A stretch of DNA of 50,320 nt from Candidatus Parcubacteria bacterium (GCA_009995365.1 JAACPR010000004.1:1-50320), one strand, 5' to 3'. Positions 17,289 to 26,433 are shown, numbered from the stretch's first letter. Numbers and translations are program-made. The notes: generated from the letters alone by a model not told the origin.

Positions 17289-17417
17289 CTATTTACTCCC
17301 ACATTTGCCGTTGCCACTATCTCCAGAAGATCTGCACTGTGCCTGGCACACAACGGTGCCGGGAAGAGGCTTGTCTTTGGAGGTGACATTCCAAGAGAAT
17401 TTTTTGGGATTCTTCAT
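17289..17417 (-). CDS. unannotated 42-aa Cys/Ser/Gly-rich peptide, candidate RiPP precursor
   Basis: My manual reverse-strand translation gives MKNPKKFSWNVTSKDKPLPGTVVCQAQCRSSGDSGNGKCGSK then TAG. The SD AAAGGAGA lies 8 nt upstream of the ATG. The terminator lies 25 nt downstream. The ORF falls below the 60-aa cut-off of the ORF track. Confidence 0.6.
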   Translation of the reverse strand: MKNPKKFSWNVTSKDKPLPGTVVCQAQCRSSGDSGNGKCGSK

Positions 17418-17491
17418 GGTAGTGGTCTCCTTTCTATTTTCGAGGTTAACTTTCGGTTTTCAAGGGAAAAGAACTTCTTTTCCTATCTAAA

Positions 17492-17519
17492 ATACTATTA
17501 TTTATAGAACTTTTGTCAA
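17492..17519 (-). promoter_or_regulatory. candidate promoter of the 42-aa ORF
   Basis: On the minus strand: TTGACA (plus-strand 17514-17519), a 16-nt spacer, then TAGTAT (17492-17497). The 5' UTR contains the hairpin GGAAAAGAAGTTCTTTTCC. Confidence 0.45.
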
Positions 17520-17574
17520 GAGTTCTAAATAAAAACTCAAATTTTTATTAAATAGTTATAAAATTAATACGCAC

Positions 17575-17700
17575 CATTCAAGGGCGACCGAGACGGTTCG
17601 AATCCTGCTGCGGTCACCGACATGTGAGACCTATCGAGACGCCTGAAATCGTCTTTTCTCACCATTTTACTTTCGCACGAGTCATGGACTACGACTTTTG
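17575..17700 (+). repeat. dispersed noncoding element, copy B (possible sRNA)
   Basis: Same conserved blocks as copy A (17614-17630 and 17677-17700, spacing 63 nt). It has an extra minihelix, GACCGAGACGG-TTCGAAT-CCTGCTGCGGTC (17586-17615), with a T-loop-like GGTTCGAATCC. It ends 13 nt before ATG 17714. Confidence 0.5.
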
Positions 17701-17713
17701 CTAGAATTGTTAT

Positions 17714-18727
17714 ATGTATAAAAACATTAAAGAACTAGATTTTTTAGATCTTGAACACAAGGATAACCTTAATAAATTTTATTCTTGGATTCCTGGTCTA
17801 CGTCTATCAGATAAAATTAAAGATCGTAACATAAAATTAGAAGACGGTTTTTTTATTTGCTCACAAGAACAGCATAAAACTTATAGAAAAATTATAGGTG
17901 ATTATGTTAAAGAAAATTTTAATGTAGTAAATATTAGTTCAGTTGTTTTGTATTTTAAATATCCAAAAGATAATAGATATTATTTTGTTGCTCAAGATAA
18001 AGTAAGAAGGTTTTTAACTTCTGTAAAGATTTTCTATAATCAAAATGTCGACAGTATTTTAGAACTCTCTGTTTGTGATAATAAAGATGAGAAATATTTC
18101 AGGATAGATAATCTTTCTGAACATAGTGATAGACAAAGAGAGTTAATTACAGATGTATATTGGAGAAGAAATTTTATAGAAATTGAAAATGAAGAATATC
18201 TAAAAAAGATAAAGAAGATATATAATAACTTAGGAATCGCTGATGTTGAGAATTTTAATAAATATTCTCCTTTACATAATTCTATAAAATTTTATGAACA
18301 TTCTTATCGTGAGAGATGGGCCCTATTAAAAACAATGTTACTTTTCGTTTCGCTAGAGAGTATATTAGGAGAAAAAACAGAAATTACATATAAAATTTCA
18401 TCTAGAGCATCTTATTTGCTTTATCCGAAAAATAGTAAAAAACGTCTAGAAATTTTCAACTTTCTAAAGAAAGTATATGGTATTCGAAGTAGTTTTGCTC
18501 ATGGTGGTAATGTTGAAACAGATATAAGAAAGATTGAAAAACAAATGAAAGAAAATAAGGGTGTTGATTATTATGGTTTTCATGATGACTTTGTGAAAGA
18601 TTTAGAAAGTATAGTGATCGGATGTTTAAAGATTATATTATTAGATAAAAAACTTACTGAATTATTTTCTTCTACTACAAATAGTAAAAAAATATCAAAG
18701 TTTCTAGACGAATTAGTTATTGGATAA
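17714..18727 (+). CDS. hypothetical protein with a C-terminal HEPN-like Rx4H motif
   Basis: YGIRSSFAHGGN (R-x4-H) sits in a helical C-terminal half. The N-terminal half is unrecognised. Confidence 0.4.
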   Translation: MYKNIKELDFLDLEHKDNLNKFYSWIPGLRLSDKIKDRNIKLEDGFFICSQEQHKTYRKIIGDYVKENFNVVNISSVVLYFKYPKDNRYYFVAQDKVRRFLTSVKIFYNQNVDSILELSVCDNKDEKYFRIDNLSEHSDRQRELITDVYWRRNFIEIENEEYLKKIKKIYNNLGIADVENFNKYSPLHNSIKFYEHSYRERWALLKTMLLFVSLESILGEKTEITYKISSRASYLLYPKNSKKRLEIFNFLKKVYGIRSSFAHGGNVETDIRKIEKQMKENKGVDYYGFHDDFVKDLESIVIGCLKIILLDKKLTELFSSTTNSKKISKFLDELVIG

Positions 18728-18729
18728 TT

Positions 18730-20064
18730 TTATTTAATAAATATTTTCTTATCTCTCAACACCAACTCACTTCTCAGATTTTTTAATAATTCTCGCTTCT
18801 CGTATATAGGTCTAGTTCTTAAAATGTGTTTCGCATAATTTCTGATATCGATTTCTTTAATTTTAACTTTTTCGTTAACTTCTTTTCCTAAAACAGATTT
18901 TTGAAATTCATTGTGTGATTGTATTGTTTCTTTGATTTTGTCTTTCATTCCGATTTTATCTAAATCTACGGTATCTAATACCTCTGCAATCTGATCAATC
19001 AAAGCTTCTTCTCGAATATGTTCACATTTGCAATCTTTATCGTGAAATTTTGTACATCTGTAATATACATAACGAGCTTGAGTTCCATCTTTTAATTTTT
19101 TAAATTTCTCATCGGCAGTTATTCCTGATCCACACAATCCGCATTTAATCATTTTAGTGAATGCAAACTCTTTGTTTTGAGTTCGTACTTGTTGATCGGC
19201 TGTAATTTGTTTTTGAACTTGTAAGTATAAGTCTTTGGTGACAATCGGTTCATGTTTTCCTTTATACCAATTATCGCTATTTTTAGGATATTCAAATTCT
19301 CCGTAATAGAAGGTGCTTTTTAAAATTATGTAAATATTGCTCAAGGTTAAAGGTTTTCCTCTTCTGGTTGTGAATCGAATATCATCCCGAAGCCAATAGA
19401 ATACTTTACGTCCAGACCAACCATTGTAGGCTACTTTTTCATATATTTGTTTAATAATGTCATATCTTTGTTCATCCTTGATCACTTCACACTTTTTATT
19501 TCTATCAGGGTTAGGAAGATAACCAGTAGGTGGTACAGATGGCCATAACCCCATCTCACATCTCGCTCTCAGTCCTCTTTTTACATTCACTACTTTATTA
19601 TCATTCTCTAGTTTAGCTTGTGAGCCTAGAATCATTAATAGGAACTTTTCATTTGGATTGTTGGTAAATTTCTGTCCGTAGGTTCGAATTTCAATGAGTA
19701 GCTTTTGATCCATTAAATCTACAACCGAACCAAGGTCTCCTGCGTTTCTAGATAACCTATCTGGTGCCCAAGTTAATATTCCATTAAATTTACCTTCGCG
19801 AACTTCTTGGAGTAGTTCATTATAGACTGGTCGCTTACCAACTTCTTTGGATGAATGTGATTCTCTTTTTATTTCCACAATTTCTAGCCCTTCACGCTCG
19901 GCAAGAGTAGTCATTTCTCGAACCTGAGATTCTATTGATAAAGCTTGCTTATCCTCTTGCTCGGTTGATTTTCGAGCGTAAAGACAGTATTTAATTGGTA
20001 CTTGGTCTTGTAATATTTTCGATTTCTCATCAGAAGTCACTTGTAGCGGGTTTGTTATTTGCAT
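18730..20064 (-). CDS. large serine recombinase
   Basis: Resolvase catalytic region YARKSTEQEDKQALSIESQ...RLSRN, a recombinase domain, and a zinc ribbon CGLCGSG...YYRCTKF. Confidence 0.9.
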   Translation of the reverse strand: MQITNPLQVTSDEKSKILQDQVPIKYCLYARKSTEQEDKQALSIESQVREMTTLAEREGLEIVEIKRESHSSKEVGKRPVYNELLQEVREGKFNGILTWAPDRLSRNAGDLGSVVDLMDQKLLIEIRTYGQKFTNNPNEKFLLMILGSQAKLENDNKVVNVKRGLRARCEMGLWPSVPPTGYLPNPDRNKKCEVIKDEQRYDIIKQIYEKVAYNGWSGRKVFYWLRDDIRFTTRRGKPLTLSNIYIILKSTFYYGEFEYPKNSDNWYKGKHEPIVTKDLYLQVQKQITADQQVRTQNKEFAFTKMIKCGLCGSGITADEKFKKLKDGTQARYVYYRCTKFHDKDCKCEHIREEALIDQIAEVLDTVDLDKIGMKDKIKETIQSHNEFQKSVLGKEVNEKVKIKEIDIRNYAKHILRTRPIYEKRELLKNLRSELVLRDKKIFIK

Positions 20065-20175
20065 ACAAACATTAATGACGCAACTGTATTGAGGAGTCTA
20101 GGGCTATTTTGACTCGTGAAAGTTGGTAACTAATCTTCTTTATTTTAGGCTTATTTCGTGCTATTTTTATAATAA

Positions 20176-23100
20176 ATGGAAAAAATAATAGATAATAAAA
20201 AAACTAGGATAATTGATGTCTTAAAGAGTGGTATTAAAAAAGATTCAAAATTATCTATTATCTCTGCTTACTTCACAATTTATGGTTTTGATAAATTAAA
20301 AGACCAGTTAGAAAATATCGACAGTTTAAAATTTCTATTTATTGAACCAACTTTTATAAAAGAAAAAGAGGAAAAAAGAGAATTTTATATTAATCGTAAA
20401 AATAGAGAGAAACAGATTTCTGGTACAGAATATGAAATTAAATTAAGGAACGAACTTAGACAATCTGAAATTGCAAAAGAATGTGCAGAATGGATTCGTG
20501 AAAAAGTTGAATTTAAGTCTCTCAAAAAAACAGATACTTCGAGTGCTAGAACAATTAATGTTCAGAATTCAGACGGATCAAATTTCGTTATAAATGGTCA
20601 AATGGATTTTACCGCATCAGGTTTAGGAGTGACTCAATCCAAAAAGTATGAAATACACAGCTATTCAGATGAAAAAAATGCAACCACCGAAGCACTAAGT
20701 TGGTTTGATGAAATTTGGGATAACGAAGAATTGGCAGAAGAAGTCAAAGATGAAGTTCTGAAAAATATTGAAACAATTTATAATGAAAATACACCTGAAT
20801 TTATTTACTTTGTAACTCTTTATAATATTTTTAGAGAATATTTAGATGACTTAGCAGAAGAAAACATAATTAAGCCAAAAACAGGATTTGCTGAAACAAA
20901 AGTCTGGAATAAGCTATATCAATTTCAAAAGGATGGAGTTATGGGTGCAATCAGTAAATTAGAAGATCATAATGGTTGTATTATTGCTGACAGTGTTGGA
21001 CTTGGAAAAACTTTCGAGGCCTTGGCGGTTATTAAATATTACGAATTAAGAAATCACCGAGTTTTAGTTTTATCCCCTAAAAAATTGCGGGATAACTGGA
21101 ATATGTACAGGATGAATGATGTAAGAAATATTCTGTCAGAAGATAGATTTGGTTACGATATCCTAAATCATACAGATCTAAGTCGTGAGAAAGGTATGTC
21201 TGGTGATATAAACATTGAAACAGTAAATTGGGGTAATTACGATCTAATTGTAATTGACGAGTCTCACAACTTTAGAAATAACGATCCACGAAAAGGAAAG
21301 AAAACTCGGTATCAAAAATTAATGGAAGATATTATTAAGAGTGGAGTTAAAACGAAGGTTTTGATGCTGTCTGCTACTCCTGTTAATAATAAAATGACCG
21401 ATTTAAAAAATCAGGTCGCCTTTATAACAGAGGGAAATGATAGGGCACTTTCTGAATCTGGAATTCCTAGTATTCAAGAAACTTTAAGGGTTGCTCAATT
21501 AATTTTTAATAAATGGCAAGACAAACCCATAGCAGAAAGAAAACTAGAGGACTTACTAAAGTCATTTAATATTAATTACTTTAAGTTGTTAGACACCCTA
21601 ACCATTGCCAGATCTAGAAAACACATAGAAAAATATTATGATCTAACAGAGATAGGTAAATTTCCAGAAAGATTAAAACCCGAAAATAAAAAATCTGGAG
21701 TCGATCTTAAAAACGAATTTTCTGATTTTAATGAAATAAATAATACAATTAGTAAATTAAAACTTTCTATATATTCTCCACTTCAGTATGTTTTACCTAA
21801 TAAAGTTAAATATTACGAAGAAAAATACGATATGGTTGTTAATGAAGGCCAATCTAGTTTTAAACAATCTGATAGAGAGAAAAACATTGTAAATCTAATG
21901 AGAGTTAATATTCTAAAAAGACTTGAAAGTTCTGTTTATTCATACAATTTAACTCTAAATAAAATTGATTCAAAGATAACCAATGTATTAAATAAAATTG
22001 AAAACATTAATGAAAATGATTTTTTCGAGACAGACTCAGAAGATCAAGAAGAAAGTATTGACGGAGATGACGAACAACTGGAATCAATGATGATTGGCGA
22101 CAAAATTAGAGTCTCATTGAAGGATATGGATTTAGTTAGGTGGAAAGAAGATTTAGAAGATGATCATCAGAAATTTCAGGAACTAATTAATCAGTCAAAA
22201 ACTATTACACCAAAAAGAGATGAAAAATTGGATACATTAAAGAAAATTATTACAGATAAAATTAAAAATCCAATAAATGACGGTAATAATAAAATTTTGA
22301 TTTTTTCTGCCTACGCTGATACTGCAAATTACCTCTACGATAATTTATCTGATTGGATCAAAGAAGAATTTAAAATTCATACTGCTCTCGTTACTGGTGG
22401 AGGTTCGAACAAGGTGACATCAAAATTAATTCCTAATCATTTTGATTCAGTACTAACTAACTTCTCACCAATCTCAAAAGAAAGAGACAAGATTTATCCT
22501 GATCTTAAGGATGAAATTGATATTTTGATTGCTACAGATTGTATTTCAGAAGGTCAAAACTTGCAGGACTGCGATTGTTTAATTAATTACGATATTCACT
22601 GGAACCCAGTTAGGATTATTCAACGGTTCGGTCGAATTGATCGTATTGGTTCTAAAAATGACAGAGTTAAGTTAATTAACTTTTGGCCCGATATGGAACT
22701 CGAATCATATATTAAATTGGAGCAAAGAGTTAGAGGTAGAATGATGCTTCTAAATACCTCTGCTACTGGAGAAGAAGATTTAATTAATGAATCTGAACAA
22801 GAAGTAATGAATGATATTGAGTACCGTAAAAATCAACTAATGAAGCTTCAAGAGGAAATAGTTGACCTAGAAGACGTGTCAGGAAACATTTCGATTACAG
22901 ACTTAACTATGAATGATTTCAGAATGGATTTGGCTTCGTATATGAAAGAACACAAAGACGAGTTAGAAAATGCACCTCTTGGCATGTATGCGGTTGCTGA
23001 TAAAAAATTACTTGGAGAAAATATTGAATCTGGAATAATTTTTGCTCTAAAACAGGCGAATTTTTCGGAATTAGAATCTAAAGAAGTAAATGCTATTCAT

Positions 23101-23433
23101 CCATATTATATGGTTTATATTCAAAATGATGGTCATGTAAAATATGGTTATACTCAAGCGAAATATGTTTTAGATATTTTTAAAAAATTATGTAATGGAG
23201 TTGATGATGTAAATAAAGATTTAACAAAAATATTCAATTCTGAAACAGATGATGCAAGAGATATGAAAGAGCAATCTAGATTATTAGAAAAAGCCGTTCA
23301 AAATATAATTGGTAAAAAACAAGAGACAGGAGCGTCTGAATTATTTAGTCTTGGAAAAACAACAATTGCCCAACAAAGCTTATTAAATGGTCTAGATGAT
23401 TTTGAATTAGTGTCATTCTTAATTATCAAATAA
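20176..23433 (+). CDS. SNF2-family helicase with an N-terminal PLD-like region
   Basis: Motif I DSVGLGKT, motif II VIDESHNFRN, motif III LSATPVNN, motif VI QRFGRIDRIGS. Confidence 0.9.
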   Translation: MEKIIDNKKTRIIDVLKSGIKKDSKLSIISAYFTIYGFDKLKDQLENIDSLKFLFIEPTFIKEKEEKREFYINRKNREKQISGTEYEIKLRNELRQSEIAKECAEWIREKVEFKSLKKTDTSSARTINVQNSDGSNFVINGQMDFTASGLGVTQSKKYEIHSYSDEKNATTEALSWFDEIWDNEELAEEVKDEVLKNIETIYNENTPEFIYFVTLYNIFREYLDDLAEENIIKPKTGFAETKVWNKLYQFQKDGVMGAISKLEDHNGCIIADSVGLGKTFEALAVIKYYELRNHRVLVLSPKKLRDNWNMYRMNDVRNILSEDRFGYDILNHTDLSREKGMSGDINIETVNWGNYDLIVIDESHNFRNNDPRKGKKTRYQKLMEDIIKSGVKTKVLMLSATPVNNKMTDLKNQVAFITEGNDRALSESGIPSIQETLRVAQLIFNKWQDKPIAERKLEDLLKSFNINYFKLLDTLTIARSRKHIEKYYDLTEIGKFPERLKPENKKSGVDLKNEFSDFNEINNTISKLKLSIYSPLQYVLPNKVKYYEEKYDMVVNEGQSSFKQSDREKNIVNLMRVNILKRLESSVYSYNLTLNKIDSKITNVLNKIENINENDFFETDSEDQEESIDGDDEQLESMMIGDKIRVSLKDMDLVRWKEDLEDDHQKFQELINQSKTITPKRDEKLDTLKKIITDKIKNPINDGNNKILIFSAYADTANYLYDNLSDWIKEEFKIHTALVTGGGSNKVTSKLIPNHFDSVLTNFSPISKERDKIYPDLKDEIDILIATDCISEGQNLQDCDCLINYDIHWNPVRIIQRFGRIDRIGSKNDRVKLINFWPDMELESYIKLEQRVRGRMMLLNTSATGEEDLINESEQEVMNDIEYRKNQLMKLQEEIVDLEDVSGNISITDLTMNDFRMDLASYMKEHKDELENAPLGMYAVADKKLLGENIESGIIFALKQANFSELESKEVNAIHPYYMVYIQNDGHVKYGYTQAKYVLDIFKKLCNGVDDVNKDLTKIFNSETDDARDMKEQSRLLEKAVQNIIGKKQETGASELFSLGKTTIAQQSLLNGLDDFELVSFLIIK

Positions 23434-23434
23434 A

Positions 23435-24175
23435 ATGGAAGATAAAATCATAAAAATATTTAATTTAGAAAAAGAGGTAGTTCAAAATAGAAAAATCAAA
23501 AGTATTTTTTATGAACACGAAAAATTTAATGCAGAAAAGAAAAGATTATTTGATGATGCAGTAGAAAATATAAAATTAGTGGGGCTATTTAATGACGACA
23601 CAATTAACATTCCAAAATATAAAGACGAAGAGTTTTTATATGAAGAGATATATTTAATCCATATAGAGTTAAAAGATAAAAAGCAATATACTCGAGTTGT
23701 GAGTGTAATACATGAATTTATAGAAAATCCTGTAATTTTAGTTTTAAGTTATGAAAAAGAGATTCAGTTATCTGGTTCCATAACTAGAATTAATAAAAAA
23801 ACCCAAGAAAAAGGAATAACAGAAGATCTATTTCAAACACCGTGGATCAGTATCGATGATGAATCAGTAAAATATTTAGATACCAAGAAATATTCATACG
23901 AATCATTAAAAAAGTTTTATGAAGAATATCTGCGTGTAATGTTATGTTTTAATTTAGTTGAAATTATTGGAGAGTTTAAATATGTACCAAAATACGCTAT
24001 ACTAGACCTAAGAGTAATTATTGAAAAATACGCTTTATTAAAGGCTCAGATTGACTCTCTGAAGCAAAACCAGAAGCAATCAGTAGGTTTTGGAGATAAA
24101 GTAGAAATTCAAGAAAAAATTATTAAATTACAGAAGGAATTAGAAATCATTAAACAACAAGTAAAAGAATTATGA
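23435..24175 (+). CDS. DUF4391-like protein
   Basis: The position between the SNF2 helicase and the methylase, plus size and composition, fit DUF4391. The assignment is from memory of that gene neighbourhood, not from a motif. Confidence 0.4.
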   Translation: MEDKIIKIFNLEKEVVQNRKIKSIFYEHEKFNAEKKRLFDDAVENIKLVGLFNDDTINIPKYKDEEFLYEEIYLIHIELKDKKQYTRVVSVIHEFIENPVILVLSYEKEIQLSGSITRINKKTQEKGITEDLFQTPWISIDDESVKYLDTKKYSYESLKKFYEEYLRVMLCFNLVEIIGEFKYVPKYAILDLRVIIEKYALLKAQIDSLKQNQKQSVGFGDKVEIQEKIIKLQKELEIIKQQVKEL

Positions 24176-26067
24176 AAAAACTAGACGGCAAATCAAAAGA
24201 TATCTTAGATGATAATGTTTCAAAAATAAGAGAAATGTTTCCAGAAGTATTCGAAGAGGGGAAAATAGATTTTGAATATCTTAGAAAAATACTTGGGGAT
24301 GCGGTTGATTCTAACAATGAAAAATATTCTTTTACTTGGAATGGAAAATCCGATGCTATCAAAACTGCTCTAAAACCTACCACTGCAACATTGCGGCCTG
24401 ATAAAGAATCTAGTAAAAACTGGGATACTACAGAAAACTTATTTATAGAAGGGGACAATTTAGAAGTATTAAAGGTTCTTCAAGATTCTTATAGGAATAA
24501 AGTAAAGATGATTTATATTGATCCTCCGTATAACACTGGTCACGACTTTGTTTATAATGACAAGTTTAATGATACTGTAGAGGATTATAAAGAGAGAACA
24601 GAGCAGGCAATGATGTCTAATGCAGATTCAAGTGGTAGATATCATACTAATTGGTTGAATATGATGTACCCAAGACTTCGCTTGGCTAGAAATCTGTTAA
24701 AAGATGATGGGGCTATTTTTATTTCCATTGATGACAATGAGGTTGCCAACTTAAGAAAAATTTGTGATGAGATTTTTGGTGAAAATAATTTTGTCAACGC
24801 TATAGCTGTTAAAATGAGTGAAACTTCTGGGGTTAAAATGAGCCATTCAGATAATAGATTACCTAAAATAAAAGAATATGTATTAATTTATTCTAAAAAT
24901 TATAAAAAAATTAATTTTAATTCAGTTAAATTACATAAAAGTGATGAACCTAAAAAAATAGAAAAATATCTTAAATATTATTCCAAAATTATAGAAAACC
25001 TAAATGACGATCCATCTAAATGGTCTATTATTGACATAAAAAAATATATTGAAAAAAATAGTATAGAAATAAAAGATGATAGTGAGTTAAATGAATTTAA
25101 ATTTAAGAATGCTAATAGGATTGTTTATAGAACAAATAATAAGGCTTTTGAAGGTTTAAAATTTGATAATCCTATTAATAAAGTTATTTCTTCTACGGGG
25201 ATTGAGTATATATGGTGGGAAGGTAAACAAATGCTTTTTCTTTCTGATTATTTAGAAGAAGGTTTGTGTGATCTATGGACACATATTTCAACTATTAATA
25301 TAAACAAAGAAAGTCATGGGATACCTACTTACATCAATGGACAAAAACCCAGGGAATTAATAGAGTTATGTGCAAGTTTAGTCTTAGATCAAGATGACCT
25401 AGCGCTTGATTTTTTTGCCGGATCAGGTACAACGGCAGATGCTATTTTGAAATTCAATACGGATAATGATAGAAAAAATAAATTTATAATGGTTCAAATA
25501 CCAGAAAAGATCGAAACAACATCTGGAATGAATTCTAAGACAAAAAACACAACAAAACAGTTAATGAGTTTTCTAGATGAAATTAATAGGCCACATTTCT
25601 TAACAGAGATTGGTAAAGAAAGAATTAAAAGATCTAATAATAAATTTAAACAACCATTTGAAGAATGTAGAGGTTTTAAAGTTTTTAAATTAGATTCAAC
25701 AAATCTAACTCAATGGGATTCACAAACAGAAGATTTAGGAAAAACTCTTGAAGAATCAATTAATTCTGCAAAATCAGATAGAACACAGGAAGATGTCCTG
25801 TATGAAGTATTATTGAAATATGGAATAAACCTAACGACTCCTATATTAGAAGAAGAAATAAATGATAAAAAAATATTTTCTATCGCGGGAGGGTTTTTAC
25901 TAGTCTGTTTAGAGAAAGATGTTGATTTAGATACAATTTCAAAAATTGCAGAAAAGAAACCTGAAAGAGTTGTATTTTATGATCACGGATTTAAAGATGA
26001 TATGACGAAACTTAATGCAGAACAGACTCTTAAAAAGGCTGGTGTTGAGGATATAAGAATTATTTAA
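24172..26067 (+). CDS. type III Mod-like N6/N4 DNA methyltransferase
   Basis: Motif IV MIYIDPPYNTG precedes motif I LDFFAGSGTTADA (beta-class order). The start overlaps the upstream stop as ATGA. Confidence 0.85.
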   Translation: MKKLDGKSKDILDDNVSKIREMFPEVFEEGKIDFEYLRKILGDAVDSNNEKYSFTWNGKSDAIKTALKPTTATLRPDKESSKNWDTTENLFIEGDNLEVLKVLQDSYRNKVKMIYIDPPYNTGHDFVYNDKFNDTVEDYKERTEQAMMSNADSSGRYHTNWLNMMYPRLRLARNLLKDDGAIFISIDDNEVANLRKICDEIFGENNFVNAIAVKMSETSGVKMSHSDNRLPKIKEYVLIYSKNYKKINFNSVKLHKSDEPKKIEKYLKYYSKIIENLNDDPSKWSIIDIKKYIEKNSIEIKDDSELNEFKFKNANRIVYRTNNKAFEGLKFDNPINKVISSTGIEYIWWEGKQMLFLSDYLEEGLCDLWTHISTININKESHGIPTYINGQKPRELIELCASLVLDQDDLALDFFAGSGTTADAILKFNTDNDRKNKFIMVQIPEKIETTSGMNSKTKNTTKQLMSFLDEINRPHFLTEIGKERIKRSNNKFKQPFEECRGFKVFKLDSTNLTQWDSQTEDLGKTLEESINSAKSDRTQEDVLYEVLLKYGINLTTPILEEEINDKKIFSIAGGFLLVCLEKDVDLDTISKIAEKKPERVVFYDHGFKDDMTKLNAEQTLKKAGVEDIRII

Positions 26068-26069
26068 TT

Positions 26070-26432
26070 ATGGATAAAGAAATTCAGAAATTTATATTAG
26101 AATCTCTAAAAAAAAGAAATTATTTAGATCTTGAAAAGACTATAGTTGAAGATGTAAGTAAAACAGTATGGAAAGAGAAAAAACCAATACCAGCAGACAA
26201 AATTGTGAAGCATAATGCTAAAATGTTAAATGATAAAGGGTTGATACATTTTGTGGATAACCAAGTAGGACGATACTATCAGATGACATTACAAGGTAAA
26301 AGGACTTTTGATCCTTGGCACAAAAAAGCTTGGTATTGGATTTTATATGATAAAAATAATCTTTATACGATATTGTCTGTTTTAATATCTTTAACTGCAA
26401 TAATTGTGTCGGTAATTGCACTAAATAAATAA
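26070..26432 (+). CDS. small protein with a C-terminal TM anchor
   Basis: The C-terminal helix is LYTILSVLISLTAIIVSVIAL. The N-terminus may be wHTH-like. It lies between the mod-like and res-like genes with 2-nt and 1-nt gaps. Confidence 0.4.
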   Translation: MDKEIQKFILESLKKRNYLDLEKTIVEDVSKTVWKEKKPIPADKIVKHNAKMLNDKGLIHFVDNQVGRYYQMTLQGKRTFDPWHKKAWYWILYDKNNLYTILSVLISLTAIIVSVIALNK

Positions 26433-26433
26433 A

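Noticed and set aside
17265-17507. Plus-strand ORFs of 80 and 61 aa in the supplied track
   Set aside because: They have no SD or promoter and an odd composition. They overlap a minus-strand ORF that has a strong SD, a promoter and a strand-specific terminator. They are most likely shadow ORFs of a GC-rich segment.
17586-17619. A tRNA gene or tRNA 3' fragment, suggested by GGTTCGAATCC here and GGTTCGATTCC at 14067-14077
   Set aside because: I could not build a D-arm or an anticodon arm. The T-stem has mismatches and the end reads ACCG rather than CCA. I kept it only as a T-loop-like minihelix inside element copy B.
13890-17700. Element copies A and B as attL/attR of the neighbouring large serine recombinase
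   Set aside because: Serine integrases leave only a very short identical core, not diverged direct repeats of about 130 nt. The recombinase gene also lies outside the bracketed segment. I kept the repeats as a finding without this mechanism.
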